Origin: Psammoneis japonica
Taxonomy: Eukaryota
Length of the DNA: 64,000 nt
NCBI GenBank assembly: GCA_008632985.1
Contig: QPGO01000107.1
Coordinates: 186,001 to 250,000 of the forward strand
Reading direction: 5' to 3'
Position 1 is the stretch's first letter. The number at the start of each line of letters is the position of its first letter. The notes below the pieces were generated by a model that saw nothing but the letters and a program-made list of their open reading frames with translations, ran no database searches and was not told where the DNA came from. The translations under genes and the position numbers were made by a program. Positions 1-12,590 of the stretch are shown here, piece after piece.

Positions 1-347
1 AGCAGATGAGGGCGTTACAAGGTGTTTTTCAGAATTGCTGTCGTGCGGGCCTTGTGGATAAGGATGTCTTGAATACCTTTCGGGAATCTGTGAGCAGCGA
101 TGTTTACAATGAATTGGTTACTGCCGCGAGCGTAGAGAATGACGGCGCTAGTTCGAACAGTGCCAAAATGGTTCCGGAGGAGTGGACGAGAAATCTGTCG
201 TATCGAGTTTTGACTGTAGACGGACACAAGCCACCTCCTCTGAGCGTGGAGGGTCTGTTTGTGATTACCCCAGCCATGTATGAACACAGAATGAGGAACT
301 TGCGTAAGCGCAAGAATCAGCGTCTGCTTCGGGGCGGGCGAATGTAA
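1..347 (+). CDS. 3' end of a probable PPR-repeat protein (partial, runs in from the window edge)
   Basis: Open frame from the window start to TAA at 345-347. 'VFQNCCRAGLVDKDVLNTFR...VPEEWTRNL' resembles the C-terminal signature of diatom PPR-like proteins. Confidence 0.55.
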   Translation, partial: QMRALQGVFQNCCRAGLVDKDVLNTFRESVSSDVYNELVTAASVENDGASSNSAKMVPEEWTRNLSYRVLTVDGHKPPPLSVEGLFVITPAMYEHRMRNLRKRKNQRLLRGGRM

Positions 348-439
348 CAGTGGCACTTTGTTGTGTAGCAAGTATCAGTCAGACTTGCACCAGAATGACA
401 CCAAAAGCAATTTGATAGACTACACTTATACAACATTCA

Positions 440-2263
440 TTACCCTTTCTTTGGAAGCGCAGATTGGAATCCAGCATTCTCCGAAAACCACTTTCGATTC
501 GCCTCTCGCACTCGGTCCTTGTTTGCATCGGGATTCACAAGCTCCAATCCTTGAACTGGCGTAAACACCATGCTACTCGCCAATCCATTGGTAGTTCCCG
601 AACTCATCTGGATGGCTCGTTTTCGAGACGCCTTGGTGTTGGCTTGTTTCATCTTGCGCTTTTCTGTCGTTCGCCGAACAGCTCCTCCACCTTCGGCTGT
701 ATCCAGCATGCCCAAGGTCAGACCCATAGCATCATCACCATATTCCCCGGTACCCTGTGAGAACGCTCGCGTGTTTGCCTGTTTCATCAAGGCTGTCTCC
801 TGAAACTTCTCCTTAATGGCCCGCATCCTTCTCCCTCCTCGTCTCTTCTTGACGGTCAAATCGGGCCTGAAGATCAAGAACAATTAGAAAATGAAACGAA
901 AATGTCAGAACCAGATTTCGCTCGACAGAAAAACAGGTAAAGAAAAACAATAGATTGTCATCAAACGCTATGACGCGGTCACGCCATCCTTCACTTTTTT
1001 TCCGGCATAAAGGGGAATAGTACAATGCAATTACAGAAAAACGACAGACAGCAATTCAAACGAGACAAATGCCATCACACCCTCCTTCACTTTGTTGCCA
1101 CAAGGAGTGATACAAAGTAAACGGATGATTGTTTCATCCTGGATGGAGGTTGTGGGCAAGGGCGTTAGAAGGCAGTTCTCGGCAATCAAGTTCTCTTTCT
1201 TTTCTGGGTAAACTTACTTTGGCAATGCCTTGAGGACGCGTGCCTTATCAGGCTCTTCCCACTTTTGAATCTTCGTTTCCAATTCATGCCGAAACTTGAG
1301 TCCTGCTTCGGCACTGCGTGTTCGTCCCGTGTCAACATTGACAAAGTCACACCGAGCTGCCAAGACGACCTTGGCTGCGACCGCCTTGAGTGCCTTCTTC
1401 TGAAGATAGCTCGGGCACTGTTTGACTAAATCACACTCCGCTAAAACTCCCATGTGTGGCTTGGTTGCCATGTTGGAGAGACCAGCTCGTGAGGCTGCAT
1501 TCTGCTTTACCTGTCCTAGTACTTGGAGATTGCACGAGGGAATTTTGGAAAGCTCCGCCAAGCCCCCGGCAAGGCCAATTAGCTGTGCGGCACTGCCAGA
1601 CCCAATGAGAGCGCAGACACTTGGAGCCAGACTCTCCATGCGGCTCTCGACGAATTCAGTCAGTTCTTTTCGAACCTGCAGCACCCGCTCCATATAAGCT
1701 GCAGCCTCCTCGACCGCCTCCAGCTCTGTCTTGGAAAGCGGCCTCCCAGACGTTGTGCTCCCCGCCACGGTGATTGTAATAATTTGATTGGAATTGAGGA
1801 TTTTGTTCAAACCGTCGTTCACCTTGGTGATATCCATCTCGTTTCCAATAACGCGGACGGCGTTCATGTAGCTGAGCGGATCGACAATGAGTTCTTCGAG
1901 TTCGGGAAACTTCTCGTGATATGCGGTGCATAACTCCCCGTGAGCGCGACTCAGTTCGTTTGCCAAGTTCGCCAGGTGCTTGTTGGATTGAAGAATAAGT
2001 CGATTCTCTTCCTCTTCTTGCTTCTTTCTCGAATTTCCCGACGACGTGGCGGACGGAGCGCTGTTTCGGATCGCCGCAAGGTGAGATTGAAGTTTAGCGT
2101 CATCCAACATGCGCTTTCTCTGTAGCGGCGGCTTATTCGTTGCTAATGCCGCGTCACCAACAACATCTTTCTCGTCATTTTCTTCTTCTAAAGGCTTCTC
2201 TTCGACGTCGGAGAGGTCGTCGAGATCGTCTAGCAACGAGTCGGCAAGCGTCGTGGGCTCCAT
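440..2263 (-). CDS. PRP31: U4/U6 snRNP protein Prp31 (2 exons: 2263-1218 and 866-440)
   Basis: NOSIC/Nop domain motifs (YHEKFPELEELI, APSVCALIG, AGGLAELSKIPSCNLQVLG, AARCD) and C-terminal KKRRGGRRMR...GLASSMVFTPVQGLELVNP. A GTAAGT...CAG intron at 1217-867 joins LPK|PDL in frame. Confidence 0.95.
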
Positions 2264-2588
2264 GGTGGACAGTCAATGCTCATTACAAAAAACAAAAATA
2301 TACGGTGTATTGTACCGTAACAAAGAGCGGAAAGCGACGAAGACGCTCGACGCTCGTGATTTCTATGGTTTTCGCAAATTTTCGTGTGGTTGAGAAGACT
2401 TTGATGTGGTCCACGTAAAATCATACAGGGCTTCAGTATCGTATCTCGCTCGTTTTTAAAAGAGCTCGTATGAATCTTTCAACATTTAGAAATTTCTCAA
2501 GAAATACGACGGAAAAGGGCAATCATACCGAAATCAATACGAAATTGAGAATACCTCTAAGATCCATCCTAAAGATCTTTCAATGATT

Positions 2589-2841
2589 TTCATCGTGAGA
2601 CCCCACAAATACGGAGGGACCCTCCTGTAGAGCTCTACGCGAATTTTTGTATGTGGTACTGAAACATGTAGCCTACATACGCAAAACTGGTACAGTTTCT
2701 ACGACAAAAATCCGAAAAAACGCCTAGTTCGCGAGATAGCTCTGGTACAAAACCTACGTGAACAGTCCCCATACATTCACGTAGAACTCTACACATTTCC
2801 GGGTTGCGGGTCCCTCCGTATTTGTGGGGTCCCACGATGAA
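2589..2841. mobile_element. MITE-like element with 34-bp terminal inverted repeats
   Basis: 2589-2622 TTCATCGTGAGACCCCACAAATACGGAGGGACCC matches the reverse complement of 2808-2841 at 33/34 positions. Non-coding interior of ~185 bp; no clear TSD. Confidence 0.7.
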
Positions 2842-2885
2842 TTTCACATCACATGATTTCAGGTCGAAGCTTGGGTGTGTCGACC

Positions 2886-3825
2886 ATGGCGGCGAGCAAT
2901 CCACCAGAATGGACCGTTCTATACCACAACGGGCCCTTTAAGGGGAGAGGTGAATTTCTTCGTCTAATGCTTGAAGATAAGGGCGTACCTTACGTCGACT
3001 CTGGTGCGGGTTTGTACGGAGCGACGGGCAAGATGGATTGCTTTCGAGAGGTAAGAAACTACCGGCATTGATTTTGTCAATGTTTTGCGCTGTTTCCAAA
3101 TCACCCATGTGGTTTCGTATTATTTGGTTTAGTCACCAGAGCAGATTACAGAATTGGACGACTTATCGTTCCCCGTTTTCTTTCCTCCAGCAATCTGGCA
3201 TCGTCCACCTCAAGGCGAAGAAGTGTTGATCAATCAGGTCTGTGCCTGTACATCGTACCTCGGTGACGTTTTGGGATATGCTCCACAAACTCCAGCGGAA
3301 CGAGCCCGGGCCAATTGCGTTGCACAAAATGCTGCGGATTATATTTCCGAAGGACGATTGTCCTTTCATCCCGTCAAGTCCACGGCGAGTTACCACGAAC
3401 AAACCGAGGAGGGAAACCGCGTGTCAAAGGAGTTTTCCAAAGGTCGCATGCTCAAGTGGTTGCATCATTTTGAAAAGGTCGTTTCAAAACATGGCGGACC
3501 CAAAAGTCCCGTGGCTGGTGGACCCGACGTGACGTTTGCCGACTTTTGTCTGTTTCATGTGCTGGATGCAACAGTGGCTCAGTTCAACACTGATTACTAT
3601 GAGAAGGCATGGGACAAGGCCAATGTACCCAATCTTAAGGAGTTTCATGCCTGGATGTCGAGTCGTCCGAACCTCGCGGCTTACTTCAAGTCTGATAGAC
3701 GAAAGCGTAAGTGTGGTGCTGCAAAATTTTGATTTATTGATACAAACTTGTGACGAGATTGCTAATCCGTTGCCTTCACTTTTGATTCTTGCAAAATAGC
3801 CTGGGCTGGAGACTCAATGATGTAA
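2886..3825 (+). CDS. Glutathione S-transferase family protein (3 exons: 2886-3050, 3133-3706, 3800-3825)
   Basis: N-terminal Y...FKGRGEFLRLMLEDKGVPY and C-domain 'VTFADFCLFHVLD...RPNLAAYFKSDRR'. GT-AG introns 3051-3132 and 3707-3799 restore the frame and end in PWAGDSMM*. Confidence 0.88.
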
Positions 3826-3996
3826 TAGGTCCGTTGATTCGTCAATGGGCTGCCAACATCATTGAACGATGTCTAGTGATCATGGTGGAATACTCTTGTT
3901 TCCTGGTTTGTTCCCGTTCGTTTCCTCCTCTTTTGATAAGCCCAACCCAAACCAACGCGATAAAATAAAATACTTGCACCAATTCATCCCCATGTT

Positions 3997-4486
3997 CTAA
4001 ACCGCCATGACATTTATACCCGACTTTTGCTCATCATCCATAAAGAGTAGCGTTTCTTCTTCAGGCCGTGTTCGATGCCGCGGGTTCTGCAGTTGCTTCC
4101 GAAAAACATTATCAAAATTTGGTGCACCACCACTACTGCTACTCATGCCTCCGACGCTCCCCGCCAACAAATGTCGATGTTCGTCACTACTGTAATGTGA
4201 CGCCGCCGATGAGGATCCCGAGTAGTGCGATCGCGGTGAATCATGGATACCATGTGCAGATGCCAGTCGTCGTTGTCGCTGACGTTCCATTGCTTTTTTT
4301 GCTCTATAGTAGTTCCCAATACAAAGCACAGCCACAAAACCAGTCAGAAATCCCATAAATACTGCCGCCTATGCCAAAAGAGGAAAAAAGTGTGTAAGAC
4401 AGGACGCAGGACGACGGCGCAAGACCGATTCTGGAACATGCGCTTACCAGAATGACCTCTGTCGTTGATCGACCTCTCCAGATCAT
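3997..4486 (-). CDS. Small single-pass membrane protein of unknown function (probable intron ~4447-4369)
   Basis: ORF 3997-4356 has a hydrophobic segment followed by a basic/Ser-rich tail. An upstream GTAAGC...ATAG intron would add an N-terminal exon; the start is uncertain. Confidence 0.45.
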
Positions 4487-4835
4487 TTTGACCCCACTTT
4501 ATTCTTTCAATCTTCTTGAGAAGGCTTGCACTGAATGTTGGTAAGCATCAAATGGACCTGCTTTGTAACCAAGCCTACGTATTGCCATTCACACCAACAC
4601 TGACAACAACTCGAAACTGACAACGAGCGAGGAGCACAGCGATGCTGTGAGCGATAATGAGCGACCTACATCTCGCTCGAACGGTTCGACTCAAAAGCTA
4701 TTTTTTTCGAAATCGGAACGTGGCGCGCCATTTTGACGTCAGCAGACACATCGCGTCGTCGGCGGCAACTTTCTTCTCATTGCGCGGAACATCACAACAC
4801 AAAACGCACTCACAACCAACACGGTGTGAATAGCA

Positions 4836-5894
4836 ATGAAGTTCAACGCTGTCTCTCTTTTTGCCCTTCTTGGAGGCGCTTCCGCCTTTACCACTCCCTC
4901 TACGGATCGCTTTGGATCAGCACTCTTTGCTCGGAAACCTTTCATCACGGGAAACTGGAAGCTCAACCCATCAACGAAGGATGAAGCTTTGGCGCTTGCC
5001 GAGGGCATTGCGGCTGCCGTGAAATCCGAAAACGACTGCGATGTGGCTCTCTTTGTTCCATTTCCATATATTGAGTCTGTAATGGAGGCTACTGATGGAA
5101 AGATTTCCATTGGTGCTGAGGTACGGAGAAATTGTGAGCATTGTTGTGAAAAGGCAATCCACACCAGATCCATTTTCGGTGCTTTGCTAAATCGTTTATT
5201 CTTTGTTCTTCCGATTCTTTTTATATCACAGTCCTCTACTCCGGAACTTGGCGGTGCATTTACCGGTGGTATTTCTCCGCCCATGCTTGAAAGCATTGGA
5301 GTAAAGTGGGTTCTTGCTGGCCATTCCGAGCGTCGTACCATTTTCAAAGAAGATGACGACTACATCAACGCACAGTGTGTCAAAGTATTGGAACAGGGAA
5401 TGAATGTGATGCTGTGTATTGGCGAGACCCTCGAGGAGTTTGAAAAGAATCTGGTTGGTGACGTTTGCGAAGTTCAACTCAAAAAGGCTCTTGCCGGAGT
5501 CGCTCCAGAGGACATGTCTCGAGTAGCCATTGCCTACGAACCAGTCTGGGCGATTGGAACCGGAAAGGTTGCCACACCCGAAATTGCTCAGAGTGTGCAC
5601 TCTGTTTGCCGCAACATTCTTGTCGATATGTACGGAAAGGATATTGCCGACGACACGAGGATTCTTTACGGTGGAAGTGTCACTGCCGATTCGGTCGACG
5701 CACTCATGAGCCAACCTGACATTGACGGCACTCTTGTTGGAGGAGCCTCTCTCAATGCCGAAGGCTTTGGTCGCATTATTAACTTCCAGCCCTTGGGGGA
5801 TTCTCAGGCGAGCGATGACGAATCGAGCGATGAGAAACCTAGCAAGATGTCAAAAATCAAAAACAAGGTCAAGAAGGTTTTGACTGGAGCATAA
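4836..5894 (+). CDS. TPI: Plastid-targeted triosephosphate isomerase (intron 5121-5231)
   Basis: Motifs FITGNWKLN, GHSERR, AYEPVWAIGTG, ILYGGSV and LVGGASL. Signal peptide ends in ASA-F (heterokont bipartite plastid targeting). The 111-nt GT-AG intron happens to be in frame. Confidence 0.96.
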   Translation: MKFNAVSLFALLGGASAFTTPSTDRFGSALFARKPFITGNWKLNPSTKDEALALAEGIAAAVKSENDCDVALFVPFPYIESVMEATDGKISIGAEVRRNCEHCCEKAIHTRSIFGALLNRLFFVLPILFISQSSTPELGGAFTGGISPPMLESIGVKWVLAGHSERRTIFKEDDDYINAQCVKVLEQGMNVMLCIGETLEEFEKNLVGDVCEVQLKKALAGVAPEDMSRVAIAYEPVWAIGTGKVATPEIAQSVHSVCRNILVDMYGKDIADDTRILYGGSVTADSVDALMSQPDIDGTLVGGASLNAEGFGRIINFQPLGDSQASDDESSDEKPSKMSKIKNKVKKVLTGA

Positions 5895-6274
5895 AGAAGG
5901 TGGAGGCCAGTTCAGGGCAACAAAATATTTTCAATTTTCATAATAGTCAATCAGCTAATGACGCGTATTACTTTCCGTGTTTTGTCAGAGCCATTGGAAA
6001 GTGAATAGGTATGTCCTGCATCATTTCGATAGAAGACAAATAAAGCAGCTATTCTAGAAAGCAAACTTCGCTACCGTTTCAGCATTCGGTGTTTGCTAGC
6101 AATGCAGAAGTAGAGACGAAGTCGTCCCTTTGTATCATCTTGTGTATCTACTTTATCATCTCTTTAGATCATTGCAGAGTCGTGTCTCTGCTAGTCATAG
6201 AAACGTATGAATTTCGATTCATTGGTAAGGCCGAGTGCCCTAGTCCAATGCTGAAATCACCGCGTATATATCAT

Positions 6275-8166
6275 CTAAACCATGCCATCGTATTGGTGTT
6301 GTTGCTTCGTCGAAGACAAGAGACTTTGTCGTTCACTGTGACGAGGAGGTGCAAAGTTCACCTGTCGTGAATTGCCAACCTCGCTCTGCTTGGAACTCAT
6401 AAAGTCTGTGGTTGGAGGGGAAGAATTTCGGTCGGATATTTTCCTTACAATGTTCGCAACAGGTGTAAAGAAACCAGACGGGGCCGAGGAGACCGAATTC
6501 TCTTCCCGATGTAGCGATCGGTCATCCGTGTCTGACATTGAGGTGGAGCGGCTGATGGTCTCCTTGGCAAGATTCTTGAGAGACTTCATGTTTTTGGTCC
6601 TGTTTAAAACACTAGCTCTCGGCATATAAATCGGGCTTTCCACGCTTTCCTCGTCTGACCAGGACTCCGGAGGCGTTGGTGGGGGGATCCCGTAGAGTAA
6701 GCGGGCGTCGCTGTCGTCTTGCCACTCCGTTTGAAGTTTTACTGACTGCCGATGTGACAACGGACGCCTCGAACTAAGGATCGCTCTCCTGTTGGACCTA
6801 TCCTCGATTCCCTCCTTTCGGTGCACTCTCTGCCCGGTCCAATCGCTGGTGACCTCGCTCGTGTCAGACTTCTTTTCGTCATCATCATGAGAAAGCCTCG
6901 TACCGCACCCCCCAAGGTCGTCAAGCTGTAAGCTCAAGTCAGACTCCTCGGCTGTAGCACAAGAATCATCACTAAACTGTAAACTAGATGTACTCTCCTC
7001 CTGGCTGATTCGAGCATAAGAAGGCGAAGGAGTAGGAGCATCTGGATGAAAGTTTCCAGTTTCCAAGCCACTGCTCCTTCCAGAGAGCGTTTCAGCTGTC
7101 ATCATGATGAGCCTCTCGTCATCTGGAGACAGCTGTCCACTCTCATGGAATACCTGAATGGGACCGGGGCAATTCTTTCCACGGCGGTTCCCGGGGCTTT
7201 CTCTCTGTTTCCTCCTCGAGTCGTTGCTTTGAGAACTCTCACATTCACGCCTCATGGGTCTACGGTACTGCGTAGTGACACTCGTCCTTCGGTGCATCTG
7301 ACTCGTGGCCTTGATCAAAAGACTCGCGTGAAGACCGCTGGGCAAAAGCGAGCGCTCGAGTTCTGGATCCAAAACCTTGCTTCGTCCCATGGCACCGGTG
7401 TGGATGATGAGACGGCCAAAAGCACTGTAGGCGATGATTAGCTGCGCAAAGAGGAGCGCAATCACTGTAAAAAGAACGACGCAGAGCGGCCCCGACAGCA
7501 TATCTACTAGAAAGAGCATCATCCACAGCAAGAACGAGTACAGCGCCGCCACGATAAGACGAGAAGGAAGATGCGTAACGTACTGTCCAATTGAACTCCT
7601 CAGAATGCAATGCGCATTGGCTGGCGATACTGCGGACACCATCCTCCACGCAGTGAAGGTGCCCACGAGAGCCGTGATTGTGACAAAGACCGACACCAAA
7701 ATAACAACTCCGATCCAATACTTGAGTTCACCGTACTCTTGATTCTGCATGGATTTGCGCATGTCTGTCGTGAGACTCGACGAGTTGAAAAGGACATTGA
7801 GTTCGGCTCCCAACAACAAGGACATGAAAACCATGTTTGTCGAGAACTGTTGTGTCGTGTGCTTCTGTAAGTCATCTCCTTCCGTCTTGGCCCAAGCCAA
7901 GTGACGTCTCCAGATCGGAAAGTGGTCGATCGTTACAAAAAATTCCGACGGCCGCAACAGTTCCAACAAGGACAACCAAGTGTCCTGTGAAAAATCACTG
8001 GGCTTTTCGTCTTTGCAGCGCATCATGACTTTGATTACAAAGGAAGAGTCGAGGTGCGGTAGCAGTCCTATGAAGCAGTCCTCTCAACAACAATAGTGTA
8101 TGTGCCTTCCGAGTTTGCAAAAGGATTGATCGATGTTCCTCTATCTGTTCTCTTTCCTCTTCCCAT
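6275..8166 (-). CDS. Multi-pass membrane protein with long disordered C-terminus, unknown function
   Basis: 583-aa ORF (8026-6275) with about 4 hydrophobic segments. The frame is open further upstream (EDCFIGLLPHLDSSFVIKV) and joins an ATG at 8166 only through a 1-nt frameshift near 8085. Confidence 0.7.
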
Positions 8167-9099
8167 GTTTGAAATCCTGTCACGCGCAATTTCACGTGAA
8201 ATAAACAATGTAGCGGTTAAAACGGTAATAATAAAAGCTACATGAACAGATAAAAAGGATGTAAATTCCAACCAAAGACAACGTATACACGTGAATAAAC
8301 GACCATCCATGTTGAAATTTCCATCGTGGATGAGGACACGATTCAAATGTACACAGATGTCAGAGTGCGAAAATATATTGTATAAGCATACGTAGTAAAG
8401 CAATTGCTCAACTCCGACGTCGACCGTTCTTCGCGCGCGCGCTAGCACGCACCCGAAGGTCTCTACACGATGAGAGTGTGTCGGACGCACGCAATGGTGT
8501 CGAGTGTGCTCCATGTGCTGCCAGGGGATGTGATCCACTTGTTCGCTTGCTTTGATTGGCCTCTTAGACATCCATCTGTTCATTTCATCTGCTCCATTTG
8601 ACCTGGATCAAACAGCTCCCGTGCTCCAGCTCTGGGTGGGACCTCGCACCACTGAGCTGTGACATCAACAGTTTTTTGGACCACACGCGCACATTTCTGT
8701 GTGTGATGTTCTATGAAATCGTTCCATGCTCCCTGTTTTGCGAAGCCAAAGGCTTTCTGTTTTCAACACTCATGAGAATGAAAACATGCGCTGGGTGCAT
8801 TCTTCAATGTCTGAAAAATGCACCCGGGCAAAAACTGTTCTTGTTGACAATGTGCTGCAACTGTGAAAGAGGAGATGTGTTCACAAAATTGCCTCTTTTT
8901 CTGTTGGTGATCATTTGCATTTTCATTGCTTGACAAATTTGCTGCGGAGCTCACACACAGAATTCCATGGGCCAAATGTCACACGGAGTCCCACCTGGGG
9001 GACTGGAACCCGTCTCCCAGCCAGCAAGCCCTCGCCCAGCTTGCTTGGTGCTTTTTCAAGCTCTCTTCTCCCACCACACTGGGCTGGCACACAGAGCAG

Positions 9100-12000
9100 A
9101 GCAAGTGGGTCTGCTTCTTCTCACTGCATGGGGTGGGTAGAAGCCCCAAGGAAAACTTGATGATCAAAAATTGACAATGATTTCATTGTGTCACTCCAAG
9201 AAGCACAAAGTGCCCACATGCTTGTTGACGATGCACACAAGATGACGACACATGCCACAGCAGCATGCCAGGCTGCAGTGTGAAAAATGACAGTTTCAAC
9301 AATTTGTGTGTTCTCAGCAGCTGCAACTTACAATCACAAAGTTTGGCATCAAACACATCAAATGTCTCATGCATTCTCCAAGGTTGTGATTTCCTTCACT
9401 CACCACCATCTGCACTTGCAGGACATGCTGAAACTTCTTGGCTTTGATGGATTTTTTGCAAAATGAGAAGTGATGAAGAAAAACATGCCGCAAAAAAAAC
9501 ACTGTTGCTGTGAGCTGTGAATGCAGCTGTTGTCATTGAGCATTGAACAAGTTGCAGTTGTTGCCAGATGAAAAGAATGTTGAAAAGCAGCTTCACATTT
9601 TTTGTGCACACAAAATCATGCCAAGGACAGTGGAAAGAAACAAGCAATGATCAGGAGGAAGAAGTGCAAGGCTGGGGCTGGACACAATCCTGCAACACAA
9701 AGAAACTGCAAAATTTGCCAAAAAGGTGGGTGACTGTCTCTGTCAGAGAAAGTTTGCTTCGACAGCAGTTTGGATCATGATGGTCCAGAAAGCCTTGTTT
9801 CTGATGGTTTTGAAACAGCTTTAGAGGATGTGGTGGGCTTGGTGATGGGCCACAATGAAGCTGGTGGCCAGCAAGCTGACATTTCAAGCAGAGCAGAGTG
9901 AGCAGCAAAGCTTTTGACACTTTGGAACCTGAAGCTGATGACTTGAGTGTGTGGGCATTAAAGAGAGGGTGGCTGCTGCTGTTGGCACTTTGGAAGAAGC
10001 TGTGAAGCCAATGATGCAATGAGTGGAAATGTTGCAGATGCCACTGGAGAGAGTGTCATTGAAGAGAGTGTTGCTGCCAGCAATGGCATGGAATCTGAAG
10101 GTGCAACATTTTGGGCAGAGGGTGCAGCTCAAGTGTGCAAATGTTGCAGCTGACAATGCAGTGATTGCAGATGCAACAAGTGGAAATGTTGCAGGGGAGA
10201 AGGTGCTGGAGAAAGTGTTGCTGGAGAATGTGGCTGGCTGCTGGCAATGGCATGGAATTCAAAGGTGTTGTTCCAAGCAGAGAGTGCAGGTCAAGTGCAA
10301 ACAATGTGTCTCATCACAAACACAAATTGTCAAATGCTTTGCCAACAATCAAAATCAATGAAAAGACACCTTTCTTGCAGAGAGCTTGATGGCTGTTCCA
10401 GAAACAAGCAAGCAACCAAAAGGCAAGACAGTGCGCCCCACAAAGAGTTCAGTTAAAACTGTGAAAAAGTCAAAGGCAGAGGAAGAACATGCTTTGGTGA
10501 CAAGAAAGTTTGCCAGCAACAAAGAGACATCACCACACGCAAAAGCAGCAGGGTTGATTCCAACAAAGAAAGAGATGCAGCAGCTGCGCAAATCATGTTG
10601 CACCCCAGCAATGTGTTGCCAGCCAGTTGAAGCAGCAAACACCAAGAAAAACACAAAAGAATGCCCTGACTGTGACAGGAGCAATTGGTGGTGGCCAGCA
10701 GATTGTGCCTCCCACAGCTGCAGTGACTCACCCCCCATGTGCCATGCTGATGGCCCTCTTGCCAGCAGTCAAAGTCCTTGGCATTTGTGTGCACCATGCT
10801 CACAAGATCTGCCACCACTTGAACTGGCAAGTCAATGTCTTCAAAAGGGAATCCCATGATGTCTCCTGAGCCGTTTCTTGTTGCACTTGCCATGGCAGTC
10901 TGCAGCAGCTGTGGTTTGCCTTGGCATCAATGCAAGCTGCACAGCTGCTGGAACAACAGGTGCCTCTTGATGCTGACTGACAATCATGCAAACCAAATGA
11001 TTTGCTCCAAAGAGTGAGAACAAAACACATGCAAAAGAACTTGGTGATGGTCATGATCTCATTGGAGAAGGTCACATCAGCTGACCACGTCATGATCAAT
11101 GTCTTTCTCATTCAATTTATCCGGGTCACATGATGTGATGTCTGGGTCTCTCATCTTGACATTCCAACACACTTCTGCTGCTCACATTGATGATCTAATG
11201 TCCACCAGCTTTGCAATTGCAATCAGGCTTGGCATTGCCCCTTGGCATGATGGACACTCTCACAGACATTGTGGTTCCTCTAAAAGTGAAGAACTTGCAG
11301 TTGGCTTCAAACCACTTGGCTCATCACAGCCATTGGGCACAGGAATCTTTCACCCACATGCATCAGAATTCTTGTCTGACATCACAAACAGCTCATGCAT
11401 TCTTCACACTTGCCTTCTCCTCAGCAGCCACAACAGCTTGCTTTGCTTCTTGCCCTGCAGGGGCTTGGTTGTGAAGCCCCCCAACATGCCATCTTTTGGA
11501 CAGCACTGCACCTTTGGGTTGCCTTTCTCAACCTGATCTGTTGCAAAAAATTTGTTGGGTGATGATCACCCTGGACCATTTTCCTGCATTCTTGCACCCA
11601 TTTGTCTCCAGTGGGACAGCACTCTTGTTGTCCTGATGCAGAACAATCCTGTCAATTGGGTGATCTTAGTGCTCCATGAATGACTTGGTCCACAGCATTG
11701 TGGTCATTGCATCATTGACTCCAACCAGTTCAGCTTTTCAGTGCTGCTTTAGGTGCTCAGCTTCTGGCATTTGAAAACAGCTTGTGCTGTGCCTTCACCC
11801 ACAGTCATTGCACCTCCAGCATGGCTCTTAAAATCTGGGTGCACCACAATGCCACTTGATGACTCGGAGGTCTTTTTTGCTCAGTGCAGTGACTTCATTT
11901 CTTGTCTGGTTCAGGTGCTTGAGATGCAATGGACTGGCTTTCCCCAATCTTTGATGGCTGGTTCTCTAACTCGTGTGCACAGTGCTTAAATTGCAGGGTG

Positions 12001-12590
12001 CACATCCATGTGGCCTCTCTTGCACAGGAACAGTCCCTTGGCCACCCCCACATGTGGAGTGTCTGTGCCTTGCTGGCTGGCAATCTAGTGCCACCTGTGT
12101 CAAACAGGTTCACTGGTGCAATGGCAGTGCCAGTGCTCTTGATCTTCTCCAGGAACTGGTCAACCATCTTGTGCATGCAGCTGGTCATGTTGATCTTCAC
12201 CTTGTCCTTTTTGCTGAAGTCTGGGCTTCATTCCACTTGCACCTCACACACGTGCACACAGCTGCACAGTCTGATGACACCATGCACTGTGTGCGTGAGA
12301 TGACACATTGGTTGCTCAACTCCGATTGAGAGGAAACCAAGCTGTGCACTGTTCCAAAGTTGCACGTTGCTTGCTTGACCAGCAAGTCCTTCCTGCTGGC
12401 TTGCTTGGCACTTTTTTTAGCCTGCTCTCTCTGCTCCCCCCCCCCCCTCCAGCAGCAGCAAAGCAAAAAAGTGACTCTGCTTTTTCTCACTGCACAGAGT
12501 GAGCCAAAGCCCTGAGGAAAACTTGATCACAACAAAATTTGGCAATGATTTCACCATGCCACTCCCAAGAAAAGCACAAAGGGCCATTTT
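9100..12590 (+). repeat. Diverged dispersed repeat pair (~9100-9220 and ~12470-12590)
   Basis: Shared runs TTCTCACTGCA...GGAAAACTTGAT...AATGATTTCA...CACTCC(C)AAGAA(AA)GCACAAAG. Confidence 0.5.
10817..12300 (-). mobile_element. 5'-truncated Ty1/Copia relic: RT end, RNase H and 3' LTR (~11169-10817)
   Basis: Minus strand reads HPDFKSHAGGAMTVGEG...QKLST...ELVGVNDAMTTMLWTKSFMEH...LHQDNKSA. The LTR starts TGTTGG after a GCAGAAGTG purine tract and resembles the LTRs at 20749 and 28081. Confidence 0.75.

Noticed and set aside
5121..5231. 37-aa insertion in TPI
   Set aside because: Bounded by GT...AG with a pyrimidine-rich 3' end; it is an in-frame intron.
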